Shown here piece by piece: positions 38,279 to 48,973 of a stretch of 64,000 nucleotides of DNA (positions are counted from its first letter, which is position 1; each line of letters starts with the position of its first letter). Position numbers and translations under genes: made by a program. The DNA lies in contig CAVZJA010000012.1 of assembly GCA_963775355.1 (NCBI GenBank), positions 14,795-78,794 of the forward strand. Direction: 5' to 3'. Under the pieces are notes generated by a model. The model was not told where the DNA came from. It searched no databases and saw only the letters and a program-made list of their open reading frames with translations. This DNA comes from an uncultured Actinomycetota bacterium (GTDB taxonomy: Bacteria; Actinomycetota; Thermoleophilia; Gaiellales; Gaiellaceae).

Positions 38279-39651
38279 GCCCGACCCGGAGGGAGCTGAT
38301 CGCGGGCGCAGCAGTCGGGGCGCTCGGGCTGGCGGGCGTCTACGAGCTCGTCGACCACCTTGCGGCCTCGCCGCCGAAGCGACCGGTCGCGGCCGGCCCG
38401 GAGCTGCCCGAGCAGCATCTCCTCCAGGGGATCAAGGTCGTGAACCAGAACGACGTCGAGGTGCTCGTGCCGCCGCTCCATCACGAGGTGATGACGGCCA
38501 AGCTCGACCTCACCCCGTCCGACCTCGCCGGCGCGCAGTGGACGCTCGAGGACGTCCTCGCGAAGCTCGACGCCGACTACCCCGCGACGCCCGCCGGGCT
38601 CGGCGTGACGGTCGCCTGGGGGCTTCCGTACTTCCACCGCCTCGTCCCGGGCCAGGCTGCCAGGAGCCTTCCCTATGACCGCAGGGCCGGCAAGGCCGCG
38701 CTGCTCGACGCGCACCGGTTCCAGAGCGACCCGGACACGACGGTGCTCGAGGCGAACGACCTCGCGATCCTGCTTCGCTCCGACCAGCGCGCCCACATCG
38801 ACGACGGGATCGACCGGTTGCGCGCCAGCGGCCTCTTCAAGGTCACGAGCCTCCGCCGCGGTTTCGCCGGCGGGTCGCTCGAAGGCGGCGTCTCGCTCCC
38901 ACGCACGATGGCCCGCGCGGCCAACGTGCCGGGCGCCGATCTGATCCCCGAGGGCGCGGAGCTCTTCTTGGGCTTCACCTCGACGCAGAAGGCCGCGTTC
39001 GGCCCGGGCAAGATCGCCAACTTCGAGACGCTCGGGTACGTCGATCTGCGCGACAGCGGCTACTTCCGGGAGGGCACGCACATGCACCTCTCGCACGTCA
39101 CCGAGGACCTCGAGGCCTGGTACGTGAACTTCGCCTTCGATGAGCGCGTCACGACCGCGTTCCGCCCCGGGCTCGACGTGGCGGAAGGCACCCAGGCCGT
39201 CCCGATGGGGCCCGCGCAGGCCTCGGACACGCACCAGGTGCGCCGGCAGTTCCACCAGACGGGGCGGATCGGCCACAGCGCGTCGATCCAGACCACGTCG
39301 CGCCTTCAGCAGGCGGCGACCGGCCCGGACGGGACGCATTACCCGAAGGGCACCGCGATCCCGATCCGCGCGGACTTCAACACGCTCGACAACCCCTTCT
39401 TCTACTCCTCCGAGGCGAGGGTGATCCAGGCGGGGCCGATGGCGGGGATCCACTTCATCGTCTTCAACCCCTCGAGCGACGACTTCGATCGCAACCGGCT
39501 CGCGATGGACGGGATCCTGCCGAGCGGCAACCTGCACATCCAGCCGAACGATCGCGCGCAGGGGTTCAACTCGGTGCTCAGCACCACTCACCGCCAGAAC
39601 TACCTCGTGCCGCCCCGGCGGCACCGCAGCTTCCCGCTCGCCGAGCGCTGA
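38275..39651 (+). CDS. Tat-exported protein, possibly a divergent DyP-type peroxidase-fold protein
   Basis: Twin-arginine signal SPTRRELIAGAAVGALGLAG. There is loose similarity of block order to DyP/EfeB (DLAILLRSD..., GIHFIVFNPSSDDFDRNRL), but the canonical GxxDG motif is not seen. Confidence 0.4.
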   Translation: MSPTRRELIAGAAVGALGLAGVYELVDHLAASPPKRPVAAGPELPEQHLLQGIKVVNQNDVEVLVPPLHHEVMTAKLDLTPSDLAGAQWTLEDVLAKLDADYPATPAGLGVTVAWGLPYFHRLVPGQAARSLPYDRRAGKAALLDAHRFQSDPDTTVLEANDLAILLRSDQRAHIDDGIDRLRASGLFKVTSLRRGFAGGSLEGGVSLPRTMARAANVPGADLIPEGAELFLGFTSTQKAAFGPGKIANFETLGYVDLRDSGYFREGTHMHLSHVTEDLEAWYVNFAFDERVTTAFRPGLDVAEGTQAVPMGPAQASDTHQVRRQFHQTGRIGHSASIQTTSRLQQAATGPDGTHYPKGTAIPIRADFNTLDNPFFYSSEARVIQAGPMAGIHFIVFNPSSDDFDRNRLAMDGILPSGNLHIQPNDRAQGFNSVLSTTHRQNYLVPPRRHRSFPLAER

Positions 39652-39669
39652 GCGCGCGAGAATCCGCCG

Positions 39670-41131
39670 GTGGCTTTCCGCGCGCTGATCCTCGCAACCC
39701 TCGTTCTCGCTCTCTCGGCCTCGGGCGCTGCGGCCGGGCCGTCCACCTCGACCGTGCGAATCGTCCTCGGCGGAGACGTGATGCTCGGCCGCGGTCTCGC
39801 CCGTCTCGCGGCCCGGGACCCGGACGCCGTCTTCGCCGGAATCCGCCTCGAGCTCGGGTCGGCCGACCTCGCGGTCGCGAACCTCGAGTCCCCGCTGACG
39901 GACCGGGCCCATCGGGCACGCCACGGCCCGAATGCTCTCGAGGCGCAGCCTGCCACGGCGCGGATCCTTGCGGCGGCCGGGTTCGATGCGATGGCGATCG
40001 CGAACAACCACGCCGGAGACGCGGGCCCCGCCACCGTTCCGGACACGATGCGGGCGCTCAGGAGCGCCGGGCTCGGCGTGATCGGTGCCGGCAGCACCGC
40101 CGAGGCGGCCTACACGCCACGGATCGTCCATGCGCGCGGGTTGACGATCGCCTTTCTCTCGTTCGACGACACGGGCGAGGGGCCGCGCGCAGGCTCAGCG
40201 ACCCCGGGTGTCGCCCGGTGGAACGCTCGGCGGGCGCACGCGTCGGTCGCGCGCGCCCGCTCGGAGGCCGACGTCGTCGTCGTCGGGCTCCACGGAGGCT
40301 CGGACTACAACCCGACGACAGATCCATGGCTGCTTCACCTCGGGCGTCTGCTCGCGGGCTGGGGGGCGGACATCGTCTGGGGCACTGGACCGCATGTCGT
40401 CCAACCGACGGAGCTCGTCCCCGGTAAGGACGGCCGTGAGACGGTCATCGCGACCAGCCTCGGCAATCTCGTCTTCGACCAGTCGATCCCGGGGACGCGG
40501 GCCGGGGAGCTGCTCGAGGTCCTGGCCGGCAAAGGCGGCGTTCGTGCGTTTCGACTGGGCGCGACCGCGCAGGCACCGTCGAACGCGGTCGGTTTCTCGC
40601 ACTGGCTCACGCCCCGCGGGGAACGCGGTGGCGTTGAGCGGCGATTGGTGGCGCCTCGCGACAGTGCCCGCCCTCGCTCGCGCGACCCGCGTCGAGCTCT
40701 CCGGTTTCCCCGGCAAGGTGGTGTACGCGGCGACCGGCGACCCCGAGGGCAACGGCGGACGCCAGCTTGCCGTCTCCTTCTGGCGCCCCTACCGGCGCAC
40801 CGACGTCAACGCGGTGATCCCGCGCGGGCGGCTCGTCGACCGGCGTGGGCTGACCGCGCACGTAGGTCTCTACGTTCCCGGATCGCGGCGCGAGCTCTGG
40901 GTCGCGGGGACGCTGCTCGCACCGGTCTCGCAGCTGGCGCCGTGCGACGGGTCGCTTGCGGTCGCCTACACGACGCTGAACGGCAAGACGACGGTCTCGA
41001 CCGGCGCCTGGGCGTGGCGCGGCTTCGGGTTCTCGCCGCTGCCCGTGCTCCCCGGCCCCGGCCGGCCGGGCTGTGCCGACGTCGACGGTGACGGGCGGCC
41101 CGATCCCGTCATACTCGGGCGCACACGATGA
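39670..41131 (+). pseudogene. CapA/PGA-synthesis-type metallophosphatase with C-terminal FG-GAP-like region, one +1 frameshift near 40618-40621
   Basis: The signal peptide, GGDVMLGR, ANLESPLT and IANNHAGD motifs are followed by a frame switch after HWLTPRG. The protein then continues NAVALSGDWW...CADVDGDGRPDPV. Confidence 0.75.
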
Positions 41132-43276
41132 GACGTCCGCTCGAGGGAATGATCCTGCTGCTCGCCTCGGTCGCGCTCGTCGCGACCTCGTGTGGCGGGT
41201 CCAGCTCCCCCGCGTCGACAACGAGTAGCCAGGCCGCCTCGGGAACGGCCTTCGAGATCCCGGCGCCGATCGTCCCGTTCGGGCTCTACGTGCCGGTTCC
41301 CGCGACGAGCTCGAGCGCCGCCTACCCAGGCCCGTCGACGCCGACCTCGCTCGCGAACGTTGACCTCGCGCCCTCCGAGAAGGCCGAGCTCAAGCAGGTT
41401 CCTGCGCTCGGGCCGATGCTCGAGAAGCAGGGCTTCGGCGTCGTGCGCTCAGGCTCGAGCCTGTTCCAGTCCGAGTACGAGGGGAACATCTACGGCGGCT
41501 TCCCGGTCTACGTCACCACCGACGCCGCGTACAACAGCTTCCACCTGGTGTTCGACAAGACGCTGCGCGACCTCGAGCAGAAGGTGCTGCTGCCGAAGCT
41601 CGAGCCTGCTCGTCGCGAGTCTCCTCCAGAAGGCGCATGCCCAGGCGGCCGGGCTCGGCGACTCGCCGGTGGGCGGCTCGGCCTCCAGGGTCGAGCAGCT
41701 CTACGAGGTCGCTGCCGCCGAGCTCGGGCAGAAGGTCGCGCTCGGGCCGCTCGCAAAGGCCGAGAAGGCGCTGATCGACGCCCACGATCAGACGACCAGA
41801 TCGCCGATCGTCGGCGGCCAGGTCGACTACTCGCTGTTCACGCCGCGCGGCCACTACGCGCTGACGCCGGCGCTGACGCGGTTCTTCGTCGCGATGTCCG
41901 TGCTCGGCCAGATCCCCTTCTGCCTGCCGGGGACAACGAGCTGCCCGGGATCGGAGCCGACGCGGATGGGGATCCTCGCCTCGCTCGCGCTGGCCGGCAA
42001 CTCGAAAGACCGGGCGCTCTGGCAGCAGATCTACGAGCCGACCGCGTTCCTCGTCGGGCTCGCCGACGACTACACGCCGGACGAGGTGGCCGCGGCGGTC
42101 AAGAACGCGGCTCCGGCGGTACTCGCACCCGGAGGTCTGAAGTCCCTGAGCTCCGACGCCGAGGTCGGCAGGATCGCGGACGCGCTCGTCGCGGCCCGCA
42201 AGGTGCGGATCAACCCTTCCGCCGCCTCTATCCGGATCATGGGGACGCGGTTCGTCACGGACGAGCTCCTGCTCCAGAATCTCGTCTACCCGCACGTCGG
42301 AACCGCCGCGCGGCCGCGCACGCTGCCCTCCGCGGTCGATCTCGCCTCCGCGTTCGGCGGTCAGTTCTCGGCGAAGGTGATGAAGGCGAAGGGCGCGCCG
42401 AACTACGCGAACTACGACAGCCAGATGCAGGCCGTCCAGCAGGCGGTTGCGACGCGCCCAGCCGGGCAGTGGGGCTCGACCGTCTACGACGCCTGGCTCT
42501 ACGCGCTGCAGCCGATGTTCACCCCGCACGGATCGGCGTTCCCCGACTACATGCGCTCGGACGCGTGGGCCGCCAAGGATCTCCAGAGCGGTCTCGGCTC
42601 GTATACCGAGCTCAAGCACGACACGATCCTGTTCGCCAAGCAGCTCGTTGCAGAGGCCGGGGGAGACTTCTCCAAGCGCAACCCGCTGAACTGGGTCGAG
42701 CCGGACCCGGTCGCCTTCGAGCGGCTCGCCGCCGGCGCCGACCTGATGAAGCGCGGCCTCGCGCGGCGTGGGCTGCTCACCCACGAGTCGGCCGGCCTCG
42801 TCGGGACGGAGATCGGCCTGTTGCGCTTCCTCGGGACGACCGCGCGCGCCGAGCTCGCCGGGAAGCCGATCTCGGCTGCTGCGAACAAGCGACTCCGGAG
42901 CGTCGGTGACGCGCTGAGCGCGATCTGGTGGCGGACCTCGGAGCGGTCGAACCCCGATCCCTCGATCCCCGACCAGTCTGCCGTCGTTGCCGACATCGCG
43001 ACCTCGCCGAACGCGATCCTCGAGCTCGGCACTGGCGAGGTTCAGACGATCTACGTGATCGTCCCGGCGCTCAATGGGACGTTCGAGCTGGCCCGCGGCG
43101 GCGTCTACAGCTATTACGAGTTCACGACGCCCCCGGCCGAGCGGCTCACCGACGCGCAATGGCGCGCGATGCTCGCGACCGGCAAGGCGCCCGCCCCGCC
43201 CGGCTGGGAGGCCGCCTTTCGGGTGCCGTGCCCGCACGCGAGTCAGGCGTGCAGCCCGTCGTACCTGCCAGGCTAG
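41128..43276 (+). pseudogene. DUF3160-like lipoprotein, one +1 frameshift near 41605
   Basis: Lipobox LVATSCGG. YVTTDAAYNSFHLVFDKTLRDLEQKVLLPKLE is followed in the next frame by LLVASLLQK...FTPRGHY...YTELKHDTILF. Confidence 0.7.
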
Positions 43277-43345
43277 GGGGAGCCGCGTGCGCGGAGCGAT
43301 CTCGAGAGGTTTTCGTCGGCGCGGCGGCCGACTCTAGTTGCGCCT

Positions 43346-43999
43346 TTAGCGGCGGCCGAAGATCGAGAGCAGCATCAGGAAGACGTTCAGGATGTCGAGG
43401 AAGATCGACGCTGCGAGCAGGGGCGCAGCCCTGATGTCCTTGGTCTTCCGAAGCCGCTGGAAGTCGACCATCGTGAAGCCGGCGAAGATGACGAGCCCGA
43501 GGATCGCGTAGATCAGGTCACCGTTCGGGATGTTGACGAAGATCGTGATGATCCCGAAGACGATCAGGGCGAGCAGCGCCCAGAAGCAGACTCGCGCGAG
43601 GCCCGAGAGGTCGCGCCTGGTCGCGTAGCCCGCGGTGCCGAAGCCGGCGATGAAGAGAGCCGTCGCGCCGCCCGCCTGCCAGACCGCCTGAGGGTTCGTC
43701 TCGGCGTAGTACGCGATCGTCGGCGCCACCGCGAGCCCGACTAGCAGGCCGAAGCCGAACAGCATGAAGATCGCGAGCTGCTCCGACTTGCGGATCGCGA
43801 ACTGCATGCCGAAGAGGCACGCGAACGAGGCGATGAAGAACAGCCACCCGTACCGGTAGGACATGTCGCGTCCGAGGTAGGCGCCGAGCGCGAAGGTGGC
43901 CGCCGTGAGCGCGACGAGGCCCATCGTCTGCCCGAACAGCTGGCGCGTCTGGTCCCTGGTGGGGGCGCCGACGAGAACGGACGATTCGGGCGAATTCAC
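43346..43999 (-). CDS. Bax inhibitor-1/YccA family membrane protein
   Basis: 217 aa with seven TM segments. The C-terminus is ...FLDILNVFLMLLSIFGRR. Confidence 0.85.
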   Translation of the reverse strand: MNSPESSVLVGAPTRDQTRQLFGQTMGLVALTAATFALGAYLGRDMSYRYGWLFFIASFACLFGMQFAIRKSEQLAIFMLFGFGLLVGLAVAPTIAYYAETNPQAVWQAGGATALFIAGFGTAGYATRRDLSGLARVCFWALLALIVFGIITIFVNIPNGDLIYAILGLVIFAGFTMVDFQRLRKTKDIRAAPLLAASIFLDILNVFLMLLSIFGRR

Positions 44000-44054
44000 G
44001 TGCTCAGCCTAGCGAACGGCAGCGACGGATTAGTACGTGGCGCGACCGGGGTTA

Positions 44055-44255
44055 CTACGACTGGTGGTCGTGCGGATGCTGCTTCGCGCGCCACTCGTCC
44101 TCGTAGGCCTCGGCGGCGGCGAACTCGCGGTCGAGCTCGGCCTGGTCGGTCCCGGGCTCGAGCTTCTCGCCGACGGCGTTGCGGCGTCGCACCCCGACGA
44201 ACGCGAAGATCAGGAGCGGGATGACGAGGACGGCAATGATGATGACCGGGAGCAC
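44055..44255 (-). CDS. small single-pass membrane protein
   Basis: 66 aa with a GTG start and high GC3. An N-terminal TM helix is followed by an acidic tail. Confidence 0.5.
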   Translation of the reverse strand: MLPVIIIAVLVIPLLIFAFVGVRRRNAVGEKLEPGTDQAELDREFAAAEAYEDEWRAKQHPHDHQS

Positions 44256-44335
44256 GCCGGAACCCTACCGCCCAAACCCGGCCGCCGAAAGCCAACCGGG
44301 GGCTCGGACGGTCGGCCGAGAAGTCGGGCGGAAGA

Positions 44336-44420
44336 TGCGGCGGGTGGGATTCGAACCCACAAGTCCCAGAGGGACAACGGCTTTTGAGGCCGTCGCGTAG
44401 ACCAGTTCCGCCACCGCCGC
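44336..44420 (-). tRNA. tRNA-Leu (anticodon CAA), type II with long variable arm, CCA not encoded
   Basis: Manual fold:
- acceptor GCGGCGG/CCGCCGC
- D arm GGCGGAACUGGUCUACGCG
- anticodon stem ACGGC/GCCGU with loop CUCAAAA
- variable arm UGUCCCUCUGGGACUU
- T arm GUGGG-UUCGAAU-CCCAC. Confidence 0.9.
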
Positions 44421-44551
44421 CGGTCGGCGCGATTGTACGCAGACCCACCGGCGCACCCGGCGGAACCACGCTTTCCGGCGCGCCCGGGAGCACGGTTCGG
44501 CGCTTCGCGAACGGGTGCCGCTTGAAAAAAGTTCGCAGTGTGCGGATACTC

Positions 44552-45612
44552 ACGTGCTCGTGACCGCCGACGCCTCGTCGCCAGCGCTCTCTCAGCGCCG
44601 CTCTGTCCGCCCTCCCAGCCCGGTCACGCTGATCGGTCTCGGCCTGGTCGCGGTCGTCGTCGGCTGGCTGATCGTCAACCTGTTCAACTCGCCGGCGATC
44701 TTCGCCGAGGCCTTCCTGATCGGCCTCACGAACGGGTGCATCTACGCGCTCGTGGCGCTCGGCTACACCCTGGTCTACGGGATCCTGGAGCTGATCAACT
44801 TCGCGAACGGCGACGTCTTCATGCTCGGCGGGATGTTCGCGTTCACGTTCGCCACGTGGTTCGGGCTGAATCAGGGGCAGGAGCTGCTCTGGCCGTTGAT
44901 CGTGCTGATCCTGATCATGTGCGCTGTCTGCTGCGCTGCGATCAACGCGACGATCGAGGTGGTGGCGTACCGCCCGCTGCGACACGCCCCGCGAATCGCG
45001 CCGCTGATCACCGCGATCGGAGTGAGCTTCATCCTCCAGACGGCCGCTCTGATCTGGCAGGGCCCGAACCCCGTCGCCTTCCCCAACGTGCTGCCCTCGG
45101 GCCCGATGACCACGATCGACGGAGTCGTCATCTCGTGGACGACCCCGATCGTCGTCCTGCTGACCGTCCCGGTGCTCGCCGGCCTCGTCTACCTCGTCCA
45201 GAAGACGAAGCAGGGCAAGGCGATGCGCGCGACGGCCCAGGACATGAACGCGGCGGCGATCATGGGGATCAACGTCAACCGGACGATCTCGTTCACGTTC
45301 CTGCTCGCCGGCTCTCTCGCGGGCGCCGCCGGGCTCGTGTTCGCGCTCACGCAGACCGACGTCCGCTTCGACCAGGGCTTCACCCTCGGGCTGATCGCGT
45401 TCACTGCCGCCGTCCTCGGCGGGATCGGCAACCTCCCCGGCGCGGTGCTCGGGGCGATCCTGATCGGCCTGATCCAGGCCTTCAACGAGGCTCTCACCTG
45501 GCACGCGCCGGGCTCGACCTGGACCGAGTCGATCGTGTTCACGGTCCTGATCCTGATCCTCGTCTTCCGCCCCGAGGGCCTCCTCGGCGAGCGGACGCCC
45601 GAAGGGGGCTGA
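44552..45612 (+). CDS. livH: branched-chain amino acid ABC transporter permease
   Basis: GCIYALVALGYTLVYG...NFANGD. The start is uncertain (GTG 44515/44552/44558). Confidence 0.85.
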
Positions 45613-47217
45613 GTGTCGGCGGTCGAGCACGTCGGGTTCCGCAACCAGATGCGGGCGCGGTGGCAGGCGCTGCCCGAGCGGCAGCGCCTGGTGATCACGC
45701 TCGTCGTCGAGGTCCTCGTGTCCGTCCTGTTCTGGTTCGTGAACGCCGGCCTCGGCTACGCGGTCGCGCTGATCTTCACCGCGCTCTGGCTCCGGAAGAT
45801 GCGCCCGCTCCCGTGGCGGCTCGTGGTCGAGTTGATCGTGGCGGCGATCTTCCTGATCGGGTGGCTTGCCGGATCGACGCCCGGCGGAGTCCCGCTGGTG
45901 ATCATCGTCGCGTTCGCGTTCACCTGGATCCCGGCGGGCTCGCGCCGCTGGGCGATCCCGCTCGGCTGCGTGATCGTCGCGCTGCTCTATCCGTTCGTCG
46001 CGGCACGGCTTTTCACGATCCCGGTCTTCGGCCCGTTCCCGGACGTGGCCTCGGGCACCGGCACTTACATGATGGTCTTCATGATGATGGCCGTCGGGCT
46101 GAACATCGTCGTCGGCTACGCGGGCCTGCTCGACCTCGGCTACGTCGCCTTCTACGCGATCGGGGCGTACGTCATGGGCTGGTTCGCGTCGGGTCAGTTC
46201 CAGGGCGAGAAGTGCAGCAACCCTCACTTCGCGGTCGACAACTGCCCGGCCCAGCTCGTCCCGAAGCTGAACTTCTCCTTCGGCGGGGTCGGCATCCCGG
46301 TCGGCACGGGCGGCATCCACCTCTCGATCTTCCTCGTGCTCATCATCGCCGGAGCCGTGACCGCGCTCTTCGGGATCCTGATCGGCCTCCCGACGCTTCG
46401 GCTTCGCGGCGACTACCTGGCGATCGTCACGCTCGGGTTCGGCGAGATCCTGCCGCAGATCGCGCGGAACGGCGACAACATCGCCGGCTGGAACCTGACG
46501 AACGGCGCTCTCGGCATCAACCCGATCGACCAGCCCGGCTTCGGCAATCACCTGTCGAAGATCACGGGCGGGTTCCTGCCGGCGAGCTTCCAGACGTGCT
46601 GCAACGCGAAGATCTTCGAGCACCAGATCTCGACGGCCGACCTCTTCTACTGGTTCGCGATCCTGCTCCTCGTCATCACCGTGTTCGTCTCGCTGCGGCT
46701 CCGGGACTCCCGCCTCGGCCGCGCCTGGATCGCGATCCGCGAGGACGAGACCGCGGCTGCCGCGATGGGCATCCCGCTGATGCGGACGAAGACGTGGGCC
46801 TATGCGGGCGGCGCCTTCTTCGGCGGCGTGGCCGGCGCGTACTACGCGTCGGCCAAGGACAGCGTGACGAGCGACGACTTCTTCTTCAACATCTCGGTGT
46901 TCATCCTCTGCATGGTCATCCTCGGCGGGATGGGGAACGTCTGGGGCGTCCTCGCGGGCGCCGCGTTCCTCGCGTTCCTGAACAAGGAGGGGCTGGCGGA
47001 CATCGGCGCCTGGATCAACGCGAACATCCATGTGTTCGGCTACCGGCCGAACATCGACGTGCCGCTCTACGAGACCGGGATCTACGGGGTGATCATCGTC
47101 GTCGTCATGCTCTGGCGACCCGAAGGCCTGCTCCCGTCGAGGCGCCGTGCGCGCGAGCTGCACGAGACCGAGACGCAGGACACGCCGCTCTACGACCTGC
47201 AGCACGAGGGGGCGTGA
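45613..47217 (+). CDS. livM: branched-chain amino acid ABC transporter permease (long form)
   Basis: GLNIVVGYAGLLDLGYVAFYAIGAY...RGDYLAIVTLGFGEI. It has an N-terminal extension of about 150 aa and an internal Cys-containing insertion. Confidence 0.85.
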   Translation: MSAVEHVGFRNQMRARWQALPERQRLVITLVVEVLVSVLFWFVNAGLGYAVALIFTALWLRKMRPLPWRLVVELIVAAIFLIGWLAGSTPGGVPLVIIVAFAFTWIPAGSRRWAIPLGCVIVALLYPFVAARLFTIPVFGPFPDVASGTGTYMMVFMMMAVGLNIVVGYAGLLDLGYVAFYAIGAYVMGWFASGQFQGEKCSNPHFAVDNCPAQLVPKLNFSFGGVGIPVGTGGIHLSIFLVLIIAGAVTALFGILIGLPTLRLRGDYLAIVTLGFGEILPQIARNGDNIAGWNLTNGALGINPIDQPGFGNHLSKITGGFLPASFQTCCNAKIFEHQISTADLFYWFAILLLVITVFVSLRLRDSRLGRAWIAIREDETAAAAMGIPLMRTKTWAYAGGAFFGGVAGAYYASAKDSVTSDDFFFNISVFILCMVILGGMGNVWGVLAGAAFLAFLNKEGLADIGAWINANIHVFGYRPNIDVPLYETGIYGVIIVVVMLWRPEGLLPSRRRARELHETETQDTPLYDLQHEGA

Positions 47218-48020
47218 TGGCGGAGGACAACATCCTCGTCGCCGAGGACCTGCGCAAGGAATTCGGCGGCCTCGTCGCGGTGAACAACGTCAACTTCGCC
47301 GTTCCGCGCGGCAAGGTGATCTCGCTGATCGGGCCGAACGGCGCGGGCAAGACGACCTTCTTCAACATGCTGACCGGCGTCTACAAGCCCACCTCGGGGA
47401 GGGTGATCTTCCTCGGCGAGGACGTCACCGGCAAGCCGCCGCACGCGATCACCGCGCGCGGGGTCGGCCGGACGTTCCAGAACATCAGGCTCTTCGCCGA
47501 CATGACGATGCTGGAGAACGTCCTCGTCGGGATGCACTCGCGGCTGAAGGCGAACATTTTCACCGCAGTCCTTCGCACCCGCGGCGTCAAGGCCGAGGAG
47601 GTCAGGGCGCGGGAGAAGGCACGTGAGCTGCTCCGCTTCGCCGGCCTCAAGCAGCACGAGGACGAGTTCGCAGGCGGGCTTCCGTATGGCGACCAGCGCC
47701 GCCTCGAGGTCGCGCGGGCGCTCGCGACCGACCCGCAGCTGCTGCTGCTCGACGAGCCGACGGCCGGGATGAACCCGCAGGAGTCGGCCGACTTCACGAC
47801 GTTCGTTCGCAGGCTCCGCGACGAGAGCAAGCTGACCGTGCTGATGATCGAGCACGACATGCGCGTCGTCATGGGGATCTCTGACAGCGTCTCGGTGCTC
47901 GACTACGGCGAGAAGATCGCCGAGGGATCGCCGAAAGAGGTGCAGAAGAACGAGCGCGTGATCGAGGCGTATCTCGGCAAGGCGGCGGTCGAGGACATGA
48001 AACGGCAGGGGCTTTCATGA
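47217..48020 (+). CDS. livG: branched-chain amino acid ABC transporter ATP-binding protein
   Basis: Walker A GPNGAGKTTFFN, signature-region YGDQRRLEVARAL, and LLLLDEP. Confidence 0.9.
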   Translation: MAEDNILVAEDLRKEFGGLVAVNNVNFAVPRGKVISLIGPNGAGKTTFFNMLTGVYKPTSGRVIFLGEDVTGKPPHAITARGVGRTFQNIRLFADMTMLENVLVGMHSRLKANIFTAVLRTRGVKAEEVRAREKARELLRFAGLKQHEDEFAGGLPYGDQRRLEVARALATDPQLLLLDEPTAGMNPQESADFTTFVRRLRDESKLTVLMIEHDMRVVMGISDSVSVLDYGEKIAEGSPKEVQKNERVIEAYLGKAAVEDMKRQGLS

Positions 48021-48784
48021 GCACGACGCCCACGTCAGCATCGGCTGTGGCGGAGCCGCCGGCGAGCGGCGACATCGTCCTCGAGCTCTCCGACATCCAT
48101 ACCTACTACGGCGCGATCCATGCGTTGAAGGGGATCTCGCTCGAGGTGCGCAGAGGCGAGATCGTCACGCTCCTCGGGGCCAACGGCGCCGGGAAGACGA
48201 CGACCCTCCGCTCGATCAACGGGCTTCAGAGGCCGCGGCAAGGCTCGATCAAGTTCGAGGGACGAGACATCACGCAGGTCGCGCCGCACGAGATCGTCAA
48301 GCGCGGGATCGCGCAGTCGCCGGAGGGCCGGCGGCTCTTCCCGCGCATGACCGTGGTCGAGAACCTCGAGATGGGCGCGTTCCAGCGCACCGACAAGTCC
48401 GGGATCAAGGAGGACATGGATCACGTCTTCGAGCTGTTCCCACGTCTCCAGGAGCGCCGCAGCCAGAAGGCCGGGACGATGTCCGGAGGCGAGCAGCAGA
48501 TGTGCGCGATCGGGCGGGCGCTGATGGCGCGGCCCTCGCTGCTCCTGCTCGACGAGCCCTCGCTCGGCCTCGCGCCGATCTTCGTCGAGCGGATCTTCGA
48601 GATCGTGAAGACGATCAACGACGAGGGCACCTCGATCCTGCTCGTCGAGCAGAACGCCCTGATGGCGCTCGACCACGCCGACCGCGGCTACGTGATGGAG
48701 ACGGGCAGCATCGTGCTCAGCGACAGCGCCGAGGCGCTGAAGACGAACGAGCAGGTGCGAAAGACCTACCTCGGCGAGGGGTAG
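48017..48784 (+). CDS. livF: branched-chain amino acid ABC transporter ATP-binding protein
   Basis: GANGAGKTTTLR, MSGGEQQM and LLLLDEPS. Confidence 0.9.
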   Translation: MSTTPTSASAVAEPPASGDIVLELSDIHTYYGAIHALKGISLEVRRGEIVTLLGANGAGKTTTLRSINGLQRPRQGSIKFEGRDITQVAPHEIVKRGIAQSPEGRRLFPRMTVVENLEMGAFQRTDKSGIKEDMDHVFELFPRLQERRSQKAGTMSGGEQQMCAIGRALMARPSLLLLDEPSLGLAPIFVERIFEIVKTINDEGTSILLVEQNALMALDHADRGYVMETGSIVLSDSAEALKTNEQVRKTYLGEG

Positions 48785-48831
48785 AAGCCCGGAAGCAGAT
48801 TGCTATCGCGTATCCTGCTGCCTGCTTCGCA

Positions 48832-48900
48832 GGACCGCGATGAGGCCCGCGTTCAACCGCCCCGCGTCTGCCCACGACCGGGAGCTGATGGCTTCTACCA
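48832..48900 (+). promoter_or_regulatory. fluoride riboswitch (crcB motif)
   Basis: GCGAUGAGGCCCGC...CAACCGCC...GAGCUGAUGGCUUCUACC matches the conserved crcB-motif core. It sits directly upstream of crcB. Confidence 0.85.
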
Positions 48901-48931
48901 AACCGACTCGTCGTCGATCCGGGAGGTAGAA

Positions 48932-48973
48932 GTGAACGGTCCAGGTCAGCAGATTCGAACAGGCGGTCGCTGA
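48932..48973 (+). CDS. 13-codon upstream ORF coupled to crcB (hypothetical)
   Basis: GGGAGG lies 5 nt before GTG 48932, and the uORF stop TGA overlaps the crcB ATG (TGATG). Translation is unproven. Confidence 0.25.
   Translation: MNGPGQQIRTGGR

Noticed and set aside
44256-44551. A genomic island or integration site at tRNA-Leu.
   Set aside because: There is no integrase and no direct repeat of the tRNA 3' end. The flanking genes (Bax inhibitor, small membrane protein, liv operon) look chromosomal.
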